From Phormidesmis sp. (GTDB lineage: Bacteria > Cyanobacteriota > Cyanobacteriia > Leptolyngbyales > Leptolyngbyaceae): a DNA stretch of 64,000 nt. The notes under the pieces were generated by a model. That model had not been told where the DNA came from. It did not search any database and saw only the letters and a program-made list of their open reading frames with translations. The translations under genes were made by a program, and so were the position numbers. The stretch's first letter is position 1; the number at the start of each line of letters is the position of its first letter. The stretch spans positions 224,001 to 288,000 of the forward strand of contig CBDFJR010000005.1 in assembly GCA_965248535.1 (NCBI GenBank), in the 5' to 3' direction. Positions 16,657 to 26,914 of the stretch are shown here, piece by piece.

Positions 16657-17706
16657 TTAGTTAATATCCGCCAGGTCAATTCTTGGATCAACCGCTTTTA
16701 ACATCAGATCAGCAATCAAGTTGCCTAAAATCAGCATCACTGCGCCCATCATCAGACTAGCCATGACCAAATATAAGTCTTGCACTTGAACCGCCTGTAA
16801 AATCAATCGCCCCAACCCCGGCCAGTTAAAGAAAAACTCAGTGATAAACGCGCCGCTTAACAAGTTGGCAAACTCAAACCCGAGCAGCGTCACGATCGGG
16901 TTAATCGCATTTCTAAGCGCATGGACGTAGATGACTCGATTTTCAGGCAGCCCTTTAGCCCGTGCGGTTTGAATGTAGTCTTGCCGCAACACGTCGAGCA
17001 GTTGCCCCCGCATGATGCGCTGCAACCCAGCAAAGCTAGAAATGCTGAGGGCGATCGTCGGCAAAATCATGTGCCAACCGACATCGACGATTTTGCCCAA
17101 AACCGATAAATCGGCATAATCAATGCTGGTCATATCACCGACCGGAAACAGGGGTGATGTGTTTTGAGCCAAGATCAGCAGCAGCAGCGCCGTAATCAGA
17201 CTGGGAAACCCCTGACCCGTGTAGCTCAAGACTTGCAAAATGCGATCGACCCAACGCTGTTGATAGATCGCAGCCGCAATGCCCATCGGAATCGCGATCG
17301 CCCAAGTCACCACCAGCGACGAAATCGTGATGAGCAGCGTTGCCGGAACCCGTTCGATCAACAGCGACACCACCGATCGGTTATAGGCAAAACTCGTGCC
17401 AAAATCTCCCTGAGTGACAATGCGCCACAGCCACAAAAAATACTGTTCTGCCCAAGATTTATCCAAACCAAACTGCTGTCTGAGTTGCTCAATCCGTTCG
17501 GGCGAAATTTTGGGATTTTCTCTGAGCGTATCGAGATAGTCGCCCGGCGATAGCTGAATGATAAAGAAACTCAGCGCCGAGGCCAAGATCAGGGTCAATA
17601 GCGCTTGCAGCAGCCGCTTTGCCACAAATATTGAGGTGTCGCTGGTGATTGCGTCGGTGAATCGCTCCCAGATCGATCGGAGGTGTCCGAGGACAGATAC
17701 AGTCAT
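16657..17706 (-). CDS. Peptide ABC transporter permease (OppB/DppB-like)
   Basis: SPGD, GDFGTSF, EAA-like DYIQTARAKGL, HALRNA and DPRI. Confidence 0.93.
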   Translation of the reverse strand: MTVSVLGHLRSIWERFTDAITSDTSIFVAKRLLQALLTLILASALSFFIIQLSPGDYLDTLRENPKISPERIEQLRQQFGLDKSWAEQYFLWLWRIVTQGDFGTSFAYNRSVVSLLIERVPATLLITISSLVVTWAIAIPMGIAAAIYQQRWVDRILQVLSYTGQGFPSLITALLLLILAQNTSPLFPVGDMTSIDYADLSVLGKIVDVGWHMILPTIALSISSFAGLQRIMRGQLLDVLRQDYIQTARAKGLPENRVIYVHALRNAINPIVTLLGFEFANLLSGAFITEFFFNWPGLGRLILQAVQVQDLYLVMASLMMGAVMLILGNLIADLMLKAVDPRIDLADIN

Positions 17707-17764
17707 GGTGGGTCAGGGTTCAGGGGTTCAGGGTCAAACAGGGAATGCCAGTTAGTCTTTTATC

Positions 17765-18277
17765 CTAATACTCAACCAGCGTGATGATCGGCACTTGGGG
17801 AAGCTGCTGTCGCCCGTTGAGGTCTTTTAGCTCGATCACAAAGGCACAGCCCACCAACTCACACCCAGTTTGTTGAATCAGTCGCGCCGTGGCTCCGGCA
17901 GTGCCGCCTGTGGCGATCAGATCGTCTACCATCAAAATTCGTGAACCCGGATGCAGCGCATCTTGATGAATCTCTAAGCAATCCGTGCCATATTCCAGTT
18001 GATATTCAACTGAGTGAACGGCAGCAGGCAGTTTGCCAGGCTTGCGAACGGGGATAAACCCAACCTGCATTTTATAAGCCAAGGGCGCACCAAAAATAAA
18101 GCCGCGAGACTCCATGCCCACAATCAGATCAGGGTTCAGTTCGCGGCACTTTTCAGCCAAGGTGTCGATCGTATAGGTCAGCCCTGCCGAATTGCTTAAC
18201 AGGGTTGTAATGTCTTTAAATAAAATGCCGGGTTTAGGAAAATCTGGAATTTCGCGAATCAGAGATCTGAGATCCAT
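17765..18277 (-). CDS. apt: Adenine phosphoribosyltransferase
   Basis: [30 protein letters not shown] and PRPP motif [10 protein letters not shown]. Confidence 0.97.
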   Translation of the reverse strand: MDLRSLIREIPDFPKPGILFKDITTLLSNSAGLTYTIDTLAEKCRELNPDLIVGMESRGFIFGAPLAYKMQVGFIPVRKPGKLPAAVHSVEYQLEYGTDCLEIHQDALHPGSRILMVDDLIATGGTAGATARLIQQTGCELVGCAFVIELKDLNGRQQLPQVPIITLVEY

Positions 18278-18509
18278 AAAAGTCTAAAGACACTAAGGTA
18301 TGAGTTGGGTTATCTCACACCTTGGCTCACTTGTCATCTCGATCGCGTCACCCAATCAACCAAAATGAGTTCTAATCGTGAGTGAATTTGAGAGGTTTTG
18401 ACGGGAACGATCGCCGTTTATTGAGCAAACCTGCTTCTCTAAAAACTGATATCCTAAAATTAGTCAACGACCGATAAAGCGAACTAGAAATCCCGACAAT
18501 CACTGGAGT

Positions 18510-18872
18510 TTGATGACCCTTAAGGAGCAAATTAATCGACAGCGAGTTCAACATATTGTCAGCAGCTATCAGCTAGAAGGCGACGAAGCGGAAGCGTTTT
18601 CTGACGATTTAGAAGCCCTGCTGCACACCTATGGGATGCCGTTAATTGAGTTAGCCCTGGTCGAAACTCTGGTGGTTAATTGGATGAATGTGCCGATGCA
18701 AAAAGGCGTTTTATTTTTGCGACAAGTCCACGATCGCTTAAAAGATTGGGAAACTCACGCCATTTCTAGCAGCTTAACGCCCCAAGAATTTCAGCAGATT
18801 ACTGGGTTAGATCCCAGTCCGATTTTTGGCATCTCTGAGTTTCCGCCCCCCTCGATTGCTCGCTCTTGTTAA
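18510..18872 (+). CDS. Hypothetical protein
   Basis: 120 aa ORF with protein-like composition, C-terminal FQQITGLDPSPIFG. Confidence 0.7.
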   Translation: MMTLKEQINRQRVQHIVSSYQLEGDEAEAFSDDLEALLHTYGMPLIELALVETLVVNWMNVPMQKGVLFLRQVHDRLKDWETHAISSSLTPQEFQQITGLDPSPIFGISEFPPPSIARSC

Positions 18873-19564
18873 TTCGCTCGTTCGTCTTTCCACAGTCTTG
18901 CTTTAGCAACGGTTGCCACACCCCTAACTCGAATGCCCTGCTGATGTAAAATTTGGACAGTAGCTTGAACGGTTGCACCCGTCGTATAAATGTCGTCTAG
19001 CAGCAGAACCGGATACTTGGGCTTTTCTTTTTGAAAGGCTTTGCCAATCTTAAAGGCCTGACGCAGGTTTTGTTGGCGTTGAGCAGCCGAGAGGTTAAAC
19101 TGTGCCTCAGTTGACCGGATTCGCTCTAGCCCATTGACCTGCATTGAATAACCTGTCAATTGACAAAAACGTTGGGCAATTAACTCTGCCTGGTTATAGC
19201 CCCGCAGCCGACGCTTGTCAGCATGCATCGGAATCGGCACCACAATCACGGGCCCCCGATCGAGACCCGCCTCTAGCCAAGCCTGCGCTAACCATTGCCC
19301 TAAAGGGCGCGCAATTTGAGACTGACGATCGTATTTAAGCTGCCCGATCGCTTGCTTCACGGTTCCGGTATACCAGCCCCAGGCAAAGACAGCGGGGTGC
19401 TGATGCCAAAACTGGGTTGGGTTAGGAAGCTGACTCTGCCATAGCTGCCGCGTGCAGTTATCACAAAACTCTGTCGGGGTGGCGCGTTGACAAAGCGGGC
19501 AGTCCGATTTAAGAAAGAGATTGAGCAGCGATCGCACAGCAGAGATCCTCAAAAAGTCCGTCAC
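18869..19564 (-). CDS. comF: ComF-family phosphoribosyltransferase-like competence protein
   Basis: CPLC...CDNC zinc motif, VPIPMH, RGYNQAE and LLDDIYTTGAT. Confidence 0.9.
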   Translation of the reverse strand: MTDFLRISAVRSLLNLFLKSDCPLCQRATPTEFCDNCTRQLWQSQLPNPTQFWHQHPAVFAWGWYTGTVKQAIGQLKYDRQSQIARPLGQWLAQAWLEAGLDRGPVIVVPIPMHADKRRLRGYNQAELIAQRFCQLTGYSMQVNGLERIRSTEAQFNLSAAQRQQNLRQAFKIGKAFQKEKPKYPVLLLDDIYTTGATVQATVQILHQQGIRVRGVATVAKARLWKDERAN

Positions 19565-19680
19565 AAGACGTGGTTAACGTGCCCAAACTCAACCCGAATA
19601 TTTATTAAGTGTTGAGCAATTCACGAGTGTGGGATCAGTGTTTTAAGATCAATCAGACTTCGTTTCAATCACTCTGACGT

Positions 19681-22104
19681 GTGGATAATCTTTACTGGAT
19701 CGACCAGATCTCATCAAATCAGCATCCGCAGGTCGGCGATCGTGCCTTGCACCTGAGCCACCTGAGGCAGAAGGGATATCCCGTCGTTCCTGGGTTTGTG
19801 CTCTCTGACCACTGGTTTCGAGCGTTTTTAGACACGATCGAGTGGTCAGATCCGCTCTTTTTTGACCTTGCTCACTCATCGCTGCGGCTCAACGTCGAAG
19901 ACGCAAGACAACTGCAAGCGATCGCGCAGCAAATTAGACAGACCCTTTTGGCCACCCCATTGCCGATCGAGTGGGCAGTTGAGCTAGAAGCGATGACCAA
20001 AGCGCTACAGGTTGAGACGGAAGATGAACCCGATCAGCCGCCTGCCGCAGCCGTGATTTTGCGGCCATCGCTGGCGCTGGCCTCCTCAAAACTGAGCGCT
20101 CTAAAGACACCCTTGCCGCCTGAAGCGGCCGATCTGTTAGAGTCGCAAGTCTGCTGGTCAGATCCGATCTCTCTAGAAAATGGCTTAAAGCAGCTTTGGG
20201 CAGAGATGTTTCGGGCGAGAAACCTGATCTATTGGCAGCGAGCCGATATTTCACTTCACCAGATTCACTTGGCGGTGCTGGTGCAGCCGATCGGAGCCGC
20301 GATCGCGTCTGGCTATCTGCAAAATCCGCAAACTGATTGGGAGATTCTCGCCACTTGGGGGCTAGAACCCGCGATCGCCCACGGCGAAGTCTCACCAGAT
20401 CTCTATCGACTCAATATCGACAACAGCACCGTGTCTTCTCAAATCCTGGGCAATAAGACGGTGGCCTATCGCTTGGGCTGCCCAGACGAGCCAGTGGCTG
20501 CTCAACCGGGTCAACGGGGGTGCCCCGCGCTGCAACTCAACCCATTGAGTGACGCTCAAGATCAGCAGTTTGTTTTAGACGCTGACCAGTTGCAGCAGTT
20601 TGTGCAGCTTGCGCGCCGATTGACCGCAGATTTTGGGTCACGGCTCTTATTAGAATGGGTGCTCTATCGCACGGGTCAACACCCTGCCCGGCTTTACCTG
20701 ACCCAAATTAAAGTGCAAGATCACGATGCTTTGATGGCTCAAGACTCGATCGAGCCTGGTCTGACTAACCTAGATGACCCTCTTAATCAGGGGTTTGGCA
20801 TCCCGATCGTGTCTGGGTTAGCCGCCGCATCAGGACGCACGATCGCCCAAGCCAGCGTGATCACCCACCTTCAACCCTTGCCCACCGACCTCAAACCTGG
20901 CACCCTCTTGGTCACGTCGGTGATCATGCCTGACTGGTTGCCGTTGCTCAAACAGGCAGCCGGGGTGATTGCCGAGCAAGGCGGAATGACTAGCCACGGT
21001 GCTATTATCGCCCGCGAGTTAGGCATCCCAGCGGTGGTGGGGGCGATTATGGCAACCCGACGCATCAAGACAGGAGATTTCTTGCTGATCGATGGCAGTC
21101 AGGGAATGGTCTATGAGGCAACGGCGGCGCTAAAGCGCGAGTTTGACGATCGCCAGTCCGCAGAAACGCTGCTTCATCAAGCGGCGGCTGCAACCCCAAA
21201 GGTCAAACCCCCGATCGCAACTCAGTTAATGGTGAATCTTAGCCAGTCTGAGCGGCTCGATCACGCGGCAAGTCTGGCAGTCGATGGCGTGGGGTTATTG
21301 CGCTCTGAGCTAATGGTGATGGATATCTTAGACCAGCAGCATCCGCAGCTATGGCTGCAAACTGGACGAAAAGCCAAACTCATCGATCGCCTCTCTACCC
21401 AGATCAGCAAATTTGCCTGTGCATTTGCGCCGCGCCCTGTTTTTTATCGGTCTCTAGATCTACGATCGCACGAGTTCCGATCCTTAGAAGGCGGCGATGT
21501 GCCCTTTGAGACTAACCCGATGTTGGGAATGCGGGGCACCCTGAGCTATGTGCTTAACCCCGATCTGTTTGAGGCAGAGCTTGCGGCTTTGAGCCAGGTT
21601 TATCGATCGGGCTATTCTAATGTGCACTTAGTGTTGCCCTTTGTGCGAACGGTGGAGGAATTTATCTTTTGTCGGCAGCGAGTTGAGCAAGCAGGGCTAA
21701 CTGACCATCCCGACTTTCAGCTTTGGATTATGGCAGAAGTGCCCTCTGTGCTGTTCTTATTGCCTGAATATGTGCAGGCTGGCGTGCAGGGCATCGCGAT
21801 CGGCACTAGCGATCTAACGCAGCTATTGCTTGGGGTTGACCGCGATCAGGGGTTAATGGCGCTGACCTTTGACGAACATCATCCGGCGGTGCTGAGAGCG
21901 ATCGCCCAACTGATCGAGACGGCTCACAAACTCAACATTCCCTGCTCGATCTGTGGGTTAGCCCCGGTTCAATATCCCAGCTTGATTGATTCGCTAGTGC
22001 AGTGGGGCATCACAGCAATTTCTGTCAACCTAGATGCGGTTGAATCGACTTATCAGGCCCTCGACCAAGCTGAGAAAAAACGTCTGGGTAGGCTAAAGCG
22101 ATAG
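19681..22104 (+). CDS. PEP-utilising enzyme, PpsA-like, with degenerate N-terminal nucleotide-binding domain
   Basis: Phospho-His motif GGMTSHGAIIARELG; DGVGLLRSE, ETNPMLGMRG, MAEVPS, IGTSDLTQ and SICG. Confidence 0.85.
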   Translation: MDNLYWIDQISSNQHPQVGDRALHLSHLRQKGYPVVPGFVLSDHWFRAFLDTIEWSDPLFFDLAHSSLRLNVEDARQLQAIAQQIRQTLLATPLPIEWAVELEAMTKALQVETEDEPDQPPAAAVILRPSLALASSKLSALKTPLPPEAADLLESQVCWSDPISLENGLKQLWAEMFRARNLIYWQRADISLHQIHLAVLVQPIGAAIASGYLQNPQTDWEILATWGLEPAIAHGEVSPDLYRLNIDNSTVSSQILGNKTVAYRLGCPDEPVAAQPGQRGCPALQLNPLSDAQDQQFVLDADQLQQFVQLARRLTADFGSRLLLEWVLYRTGQHPARLYLTQIKVQDHDALMAQDSIEPGLTNLDDPLNQGFGIPIVSGLAAASGRTIAQASVITHLQPLPTDLKPGTLLVTSVIMPDWLPLLKQAAGVIAEQGGMTSHGAIIARELGIPAVVGAIMATRRIKTGDFLLIDGSQGMVYEATAALKREFDDRQSAETLLHQAAAATPKVKPPIATQLMVNLSQSERLDHAASLAVDGVGLLRSELMVMDILDQQHPQLWLQTGRKAKLIDRLSTQISKFACAFAPRPVFYRSLDLRSHEFRSLEGGDVPFETNPMLGMRGTLSYVLNPDLFEAELAALSQVYRSGYSNVHLVLPFVRTVEEFIFCRQRVEQAGLTDHPDFQLWIMAEVPSVLFLLPEYVQAGVQGIAIGTSDLTQLLLGVDRDQGLMALTFDEHHPAVLRAIAQLIETAHKLNIPCSICGLAPVQYPSLIDSLVQWGITAISVNLDAVESTYQALDQAEKKRLGRLKR

Positions 22105-22116
22105 AAATTTCAGCGA

Positions 22117-22827
22117 TCAAAACCGCAGCGAGTCTACCGATCGCAGACGCTTAGAATCAGGTTTCCAGTAAGCGGCGATCGCGAGATTGACCTGCTTAAG
22201 CGGCACATATAAAGCACTCACCAGCAGAAAAGTCAGGGCGATCGTCAGCAGAGGAAGCTTTGCCAGCACATCTTCTAAAATGGTCGTGGCTAAGGTATCT
22301 AAGTGCGTCACAAGATCCCAACTGTTAAAGCGCAAAAACCGACCCAGATAAATGCCAAGGGCACTCAAGGCATGAATTGCCAACTCAGTTCCGACAATAT
22401 AGCGACCCAACCCGCGCTGTTTGAGATAATAGCCCACGTTGATCAGCGACAAAACATAAGACTCAAACCCCGCAAAGATAAACGCCCCATAAAGCGGAAT
22501 CAGCACCAGCGTGATCAGCCAAACTGAGTCAGCGTGCTGCACATCGTCAATGAAGTGAATGACATCGGTCAAAATATAAGGGGCGTTGGGTAAGAAGGCA
22601 ACGAATATCAAAACGCCTAACCACCAGAGCCACGATCGATGGCGGCGATGCAGCGACATAGGCGGCATGGCAATCGGTGACGACCCCAGTTGAGCACGGC
22701 GAAACAGCAGGGCGCTGAGAATGAGGGGCACGATCGCCAAAAACAAGTTCCAACTCATCCAGCGAGCGTTGTCGTGAAAAATTTCGAGGGCATTTATCAG
22801 CACGTATTTAATCGTCCAAAGTTCCAT
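22117..22827 (-). CDS. DUF1361-like membrane protein
   Basis: WNLFLA, FLPNAPYILTD and GIYLGRFLRFNSWD motifs; multiple TM helices. Confidence 0.85.
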   Translation of the reverse strand: MELWTIKYVLINALEIFHDNARWMSWNLFLAIVPLILSALLFRRAQLGSSPIAMPPMSLHRRHRSWLWWLGVLIFVAFLPNAPYILTDVIHFIDDVQHADSVWLITLVLIPLYGAFIFAGFESYVLSLINVGYYLKQRGLGRYIVGTELAIHALSALGIYLGRFLRFNSWDLVTHLDTLATTILEDVLAKLPLLTIALTFLLVSALYVPLKQVNLAIAAYWKPDSKRLRSVDSLRF

Positions 22828-22933
22828 AGGTCAAGAGACACAACAATCAGGTCAGTGACGGTGGCCCATTTATATCCCAGGGGTGCGCGTCTAGCCTGTA
22901 GTCTAAAGACTGAACTTGTCATTACCATGACGG

Positions 22934-24214
22934 ATGGATAACGGTGCTGTTCAACGGGTTAGAAAATTTTCAGAAATCATGTCTAATCAAGACCAGTCAA
23001 CTCTTAAAGCCTTGAGCTTTTTTTCTGGATGTATGGGGTTAGACCTAGGGCTGGAAAAGGAAGGCATCAAGGTGCTGCTCGCCTGTGAAGTCAACCCAGC
23101 AGCCCGAAAAACCCTGGAAACTAATCGTCCAGATATGGCGTTGATTGGGGACATCAGAGATTATTCAGCCGCCACCATTCGCGAAAAGGCAGGGTTGAGT
23201 TCGACTGAAGAGATTGATGTGATGGTTGGAGGCCCACCTTGCCAGGCGTTTAGCAGCGCAGGTAAGCGACAAGGGTTTAATGACGATCGTGGCAATGTTT
23301 TTTTGACCTTTATCGATTTGATCACTGAACTTAGACCCCGATTTGCGGTGATCGAAAACGTTCGAGGTCTACTGTCTGCTCCGCTCCAGCATCGACCTCA
23401 TGAACTGAGAGGAAGTCAATTTCCCTCTTTATCTCACGATGAGCAGCGGGGAGGGGCCTTGCTTTTCATCACTCAAAGGCTCAGAGACGCGGGATATAGT
23501 GTCTCCTTCACCCTATACAACGCTGCCAACTTTGGGTCGCCGCAACAGCGGGAACGAGTCGTTATCACTTGCAGTCGTGATGGCGAAAAACTTCCCTATC
23601 TCACGCCGACTCACTCGGAAACAGGGTTGCATGGGCTGCCCCGATGGCGCACCTTAAGAGAAGCTTTGGCAGGATTGCCCAACGATGCGCATCATTTCGT
23701 CAAGTTTCCTGAGAAACGACTCAAATACTACAGGCTTCTAAAACCTGGACAATATTGGCGGAACTTGCCTGTGGAGTTGCATCAAGAAGCGCTTGGAGCG
23801 TCGTATCATGCAAGCGGCGGAAAAACTGGTTTTTATCGGAGGTTAGCCTGGGATAAGCCTTCCCCAACACTGGTGACTCACCCGGCCATGCCTGCGACCG
23901 ATTTGGCGCACCCCGAAGCAGACAGACCCCTCAGCATTGAAGAATATAAGCGAATCCAGGAATTTCCCGATGACTGGATCATTGAGGGCAATTTGCTGGA
24001 TCAATATCGACAGGTTGGCAATGCGGTGCCCTGTTCGTTAGGACGAGCGATCGCTCAGATGTTGCTGACTCACCTAAAGGGTGAACCTCCGATCGTCTAT
24101 CCAAACTTTCCGTATTCGCGATATCACAAGACCGACGATGTGAGTTGGACGGTTGAAACGTTGGGCTATCTTGAAGAGCGATCGGAAACCCAGCTTTCTC
24201 TGGATTTAGTCTGA
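22934..24214 (+). CDS. DNA (cytosine-5)-methyltransferase (alternative start 22979)
   Basis: Motif I FFSGCMG, motif [11 protein letters not shown], motif VI ENVRG, motif VIII QQRERV and motif X QVGNAV. Confidence 0.96.
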   Translation: MDNGAVQRVRKFSEIMSNQDQSTLKALSFFSGCMGLDLGLEKEGIKVLLACEVNPAARKTLETNRPDMALIGDIRDYSAATIREKAGLSSTEEIDVMVGGPPCQAFSSAGKRQGFNDDRGNVFLTFIDLITELRPRFAVIENVRGLLSAPLQHRPHELRGSQFPSLSHDEQRGGALLFITQRLRDAGYSVSFTLYNAANFGSPQQRERVVITCSRDGEKLPYLTPTHSETGLHGLPRWRTLREALAGLPNDAHHFVKFPEKRLKYYRLLKPGQYWRNLPVELHQEALGASYHASGGKTGFYRRLAWDKPSPTLVTHPAMPATDLAHPEADRPLSIEEYKRIQEFPDDWIIEGNLLDQYRQVGNAVPCSLGRAIAQMLLTHLKGEPPIVYPNFPYSRYHKTDDVSWTVETLGYLEERSETQLSLDLV

Positions 24215-24967
24215 CGACTCAGCCAATAATTTCCACGGGTTATTGGTTTCCACTGCTAAAGCCTCTGGATTTTGTATCAAAACCTGCTCAACAAACCTAA
24301 CAAAGTTCTCTTCGGAGAAACGATGTGTGTCATATTTTTCGTTGAAATACGACCATTGATAAAGTCCTGTGTTTGCTTCAACTTTGTGCCATTTTTCAAT
24401 GGGCTGGTTGATTCTCACCCTAGAAGACGCGCTGTTTTCTGAATTGCTGCGGTTTTTCACTTGCAAGAGAGAACCATCTACGTTGCAAAAATCGACGTGA
24501 CGAACAGATTCGCCCCAGCAGCAGTGCCAACCGTATTCACCTAACTGTTCAGCCAAAAATTCTTCAAGCAGTAACCCCTGAATATTCTCTGCTGACATTG
24601 ATAGTCTATGAGCATACTTGATCTGCTCAAGATGCTGGGCTGTCAATCCAGTCAATCGGGTCTTGATAAGGGTGTTGATAATTGGATCTGCAACAGTTCT
24701 TAGAGGATTAGAAATACGCTGAGAAATCCTGCTCTCGAAGCTTTCTTGATACTTTTTTAACCATGCTCTAGCGACAGATTTCAGATCTGTTCCTCTCACC
24801 TTCTTAGGACTGGGAGAAAGTCCTGGATTTTTGTAGCAGGCGGTTAAAATCGCACGGTGAGCTTCTGATAATGGCAGGCCTTGCTGGAGGAAGGCATTTT
24901 CAAAGATCTTTGAGAAGGTGTCTGCGGAACTAGAGGCACTGATGATGTCATCAAAGGTAAAAGGCAT
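24206..24967 (-). CDS. Type II restriction endonuclease, SinI-family-like (alternative start 25027)
   Basis: Convergent with and overlapping the C5-methylase. [21 protein letters not shown]...[12 protein letters not shown] (PD-(D/E)XK-like) recalls the SinI family. Confidence 0.75.
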   Translation of the reverse strand: MPFTFDDIISASSSADTFSKIFENAFLQQGLPLSEAHRAILTACYKNPGLSPSPKKVRGTDLKSVARAWLKKYQESFESRISQRISNPLRTVADPIINTLIKTRLTGLTAQHLEQIKYAHRLSMSAENIQGLLLEEFLAEQLGEYGWHCCWGESVRHVDFCNVDGSLLQVKNRSNSENSASSRVRINQPIEKWHKVEANTGLYQWSYFNEKYDTHRFSEENFVRFVEQVLIQNPEALAVETNNPWKLLAESSD

Positions 24968-25135
24968 GAAAATCTTTCCTTTCTGGACATTAAAACACTC
25001 ATCAAAAGTGCCCAGATCAGACTTCACAATTCAGGTCATAAAAAATAGGATAAGCAGCTTTCACTCCTTATCCCAATGGCTTCAAATGCTCTAGTGCAAG
25101 ACATTTGAACCGAAATCTTGCCGACGCTCTACGCT

Positions 25136-25249
25136 CTACATATTGAGGCGGTTGTCACGGCGATATTGAGTGTAGGCAGCGACAAACAGCCCAGCCAGTG
25201 TAATGGGAACCAAACCCAACACAATGCCTATCAGAATTGGCTCAATCAT
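25136..25249 (-). CDS. petG: Cytochrome b6f subunit V (not in the ORF track)
   Basis: Manual translation [37 protein letters not shown] (37 aa); divergent from cytM. Confidence 0.96.
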   Translation of the reverse strand: MIEPILIGIVLGLVPITLAGLFVAAYTQYRRDNRLNM

Positions 25250-25474
25250 CGGTGCTCTCCTAATTTTTTAAGGGTTTGATACAGTCGATCGGGATAACCT
25301 TAGTCTCTATCTTAAGCCTATCAGTCTGCAAAATCTCAACTCAACTAGCCTCTAGGGGCAGAGTTAGGCTCTGGCTTGAGGTCTATATTTCTATACAAAG
25401 CGTGACGAAAGTTGTTAAAATCTGTTTAGTTAATGAACGACATTCCGCGCAATCATTTCGGTTAGTTAAGACTT

Positions 25475-25849
25475 TTGAACGAGCAAACCGTTAAACCTGA
25501 GAGCCTTGGGCAGAAAATCGTGTTGATCGCGCTGGTGACCATGCTGGCGATCGTGATGACAATTTTTGGGTTTAGGCAGCTACACAAGCCCAATGCCTAT
25601 GTGCGCGAGGTGTTGTCTCGATCGGGTGACGCGATTCAGGGGCACGCCATTTTTCAGATGAATTGTGCAGGCTGTCATGGCTTGACGGCAGATGGCAAAG
25701 TCGGCCCCAGTCTCAAGGGGGTTTCGGCTCGCAAGTCTTCTACGGGGCTAATCGATCAGGTGGTCAGTGGCAAAACTCCTCCCATGCCTCAGTTCCAGCC
25801 AAGTCCGCAAGAAATGGCAGATGTGTTGAGCTACTTAAAAAGTCTTTAA
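25475..25849 (+). CDS. cytM: Cytochrome cM
   Basis: N-terminal TM helix, heme motif CAGCH, GPSL and TPPMP (axial Met); head-to-head with petG. Confidence 0.88.
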   Translation: MNEQTVKPESLGQKIVLIALVTMLAIVMTIFGFRQLHKPNAYVREVLSRSGDAIQGHAIFQMNCAGCHGLTADGKVGPSLKGVSARKSSTGLIDQVVSGKTPPMPQFQPSPQEMADVLSYLKSL

Positions 25850-25942
25850 AGAAAAGATGTCATCGAAACCCCGTGCGTTCACGCCGGGGAGGGATAGCGA
25901 CGGGTCGACAGCCCCAATCTCCTACGTCGCTCACAGGATAAA

Positions 25943-25951
25943 TGCTATAAT
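25943..25951 (+). promoter_or_regulatory. Extended -10 promoter of tnpB, probably giving a leaderless mRNA
   Basis: TGcTATAAT ends 7 nt before ATG 25959; no Shine-Dalgarno in between. Confidence 0.65.
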
Positions 25952-25958
25952 GTGAGAC

Positions 25959-26787
25959 ATGACGCAGAAAGCCTTCAAGTACCGCTTCTATCCCACGCCT
26001 GAGCAAGAAACCTTGCTGAGACGCACGATGGGCTGTACTCGTTTGGTATATAACCGTGCCCTCGCCGCTAGGACAGAGGCTTGGTACGAGCGTCAAGAAC
26101 GAGTTGGGTATAGCGAAACTCTGCCATGCTGACCGCGTGGAAGAAGGTAGAAGACCTGCAATTCCTCAATGAAGTAAGCTGCGTTCCTCTGCAACAAGGA
26201 TTGCGCCATCTCCAGAAAGCGTTTAGCAACTTCTTTGGAAGGTTGCCAACCCTAAAGGCTTTGCCGCTAAACGCCGCAAACTGCGTCGAGCGCAAAAAGC
26301 GTTGAGTCGTAAGCAAAAAGGGTCGAACAACCGACACAAAGCTCGGATCATTGAAGTCGCTAGAGTCTATGCAGAGATTAGCGATGCGAGAAATGATTTT
26401 CTTCACAAGTTGACGACTCGATTGGTGCGTGAAAACCAAACCATCGCCGTTGATGATTTGGCTGTGAAGAATATGGTCAAGAATCGGAAGCTGGCTAAGT
26501 CCATCAGCGATGCTGCATGGTCTGAGTTGGTCAGACAGCTCGAATATAAGTGCGACTGGTATGGTCGTAGCTTTGTCAAGATTGACCGATGGTTTCCGAG
26601 TTCTAAGCGGTGTGGGCATTGTGGTTACATCGTGGATAAGTTGCCGTTGGAGATTCGAGACTGGGACTGCCCCAGTTGCGGGACACACCATGACCGAGAC
26701 ATTAACGCAGCAAATAATATTCTTGCGGCAGGGCTTGCCGTGTCAGTCTATGGAGCGAACGTAAGACCGGATCAGCATTCGCTTTGA
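25959..26787 (+). pseudogene. tnpB: tnpB RNA-guided endonuclease pseudogene (frameshift plus internal deletion)
   Basis: MTQKAFKYRFYPTPEQ HTH start; 1-nt loss near 26120; second break near 26240 joins FSNFF to KVANPK and removes RuvC-I; CGHC/CPSC zinc finger and HDRDINAA retained. Confidence 0.9.
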
Positions 26788-26914
26788 AGGCAGTTGCAAT
26801 GAAGCAGAAACCTAAGTCGCGAGTCTTAGGAATCACCGCTCCTTTAGGACGGTGAGGATGTCAACTCCTACCGGATCACAAGATTCTAAACTGCATCGCT
26901 AGCTTAGATCACTG

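Larger units (their letters stand above)
25857..26864 (+). mobile_element. Non-autonomous IS200/IS605-family element (tnpB-only, IS1341-like); left boundary approximate
   Basis: Left subterminal hairpin CCCCG...CGGGG (25869-25889); right end GAAT + hairpin TCACCG...CGGTGA (26833-26855) + TCAA (26861-26864); no tnpA. Confidence 0.85.

Noticed and set aside
17711..17743. GG(T)TCAGG short tandem repeats upstream of the permease
   Set aside because: Only three or four degenerate 7-8-mers of the common cyanobacterial short tandem repeat type; too weak to interpret.
26068..26691. 207-aa minus-strand ORF
   Set aside because: Antisense shadow of the tnpB pseudogene with no recognisable motifs.
25959..26787. 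Domesticated nuclease-dead TnpB repressor (TldR-like)
   Set aside because: The reading frame is broken twice and a large internal part is deleted, so no full-length protein can be made; this is decay, not clean catalytic inactivation.
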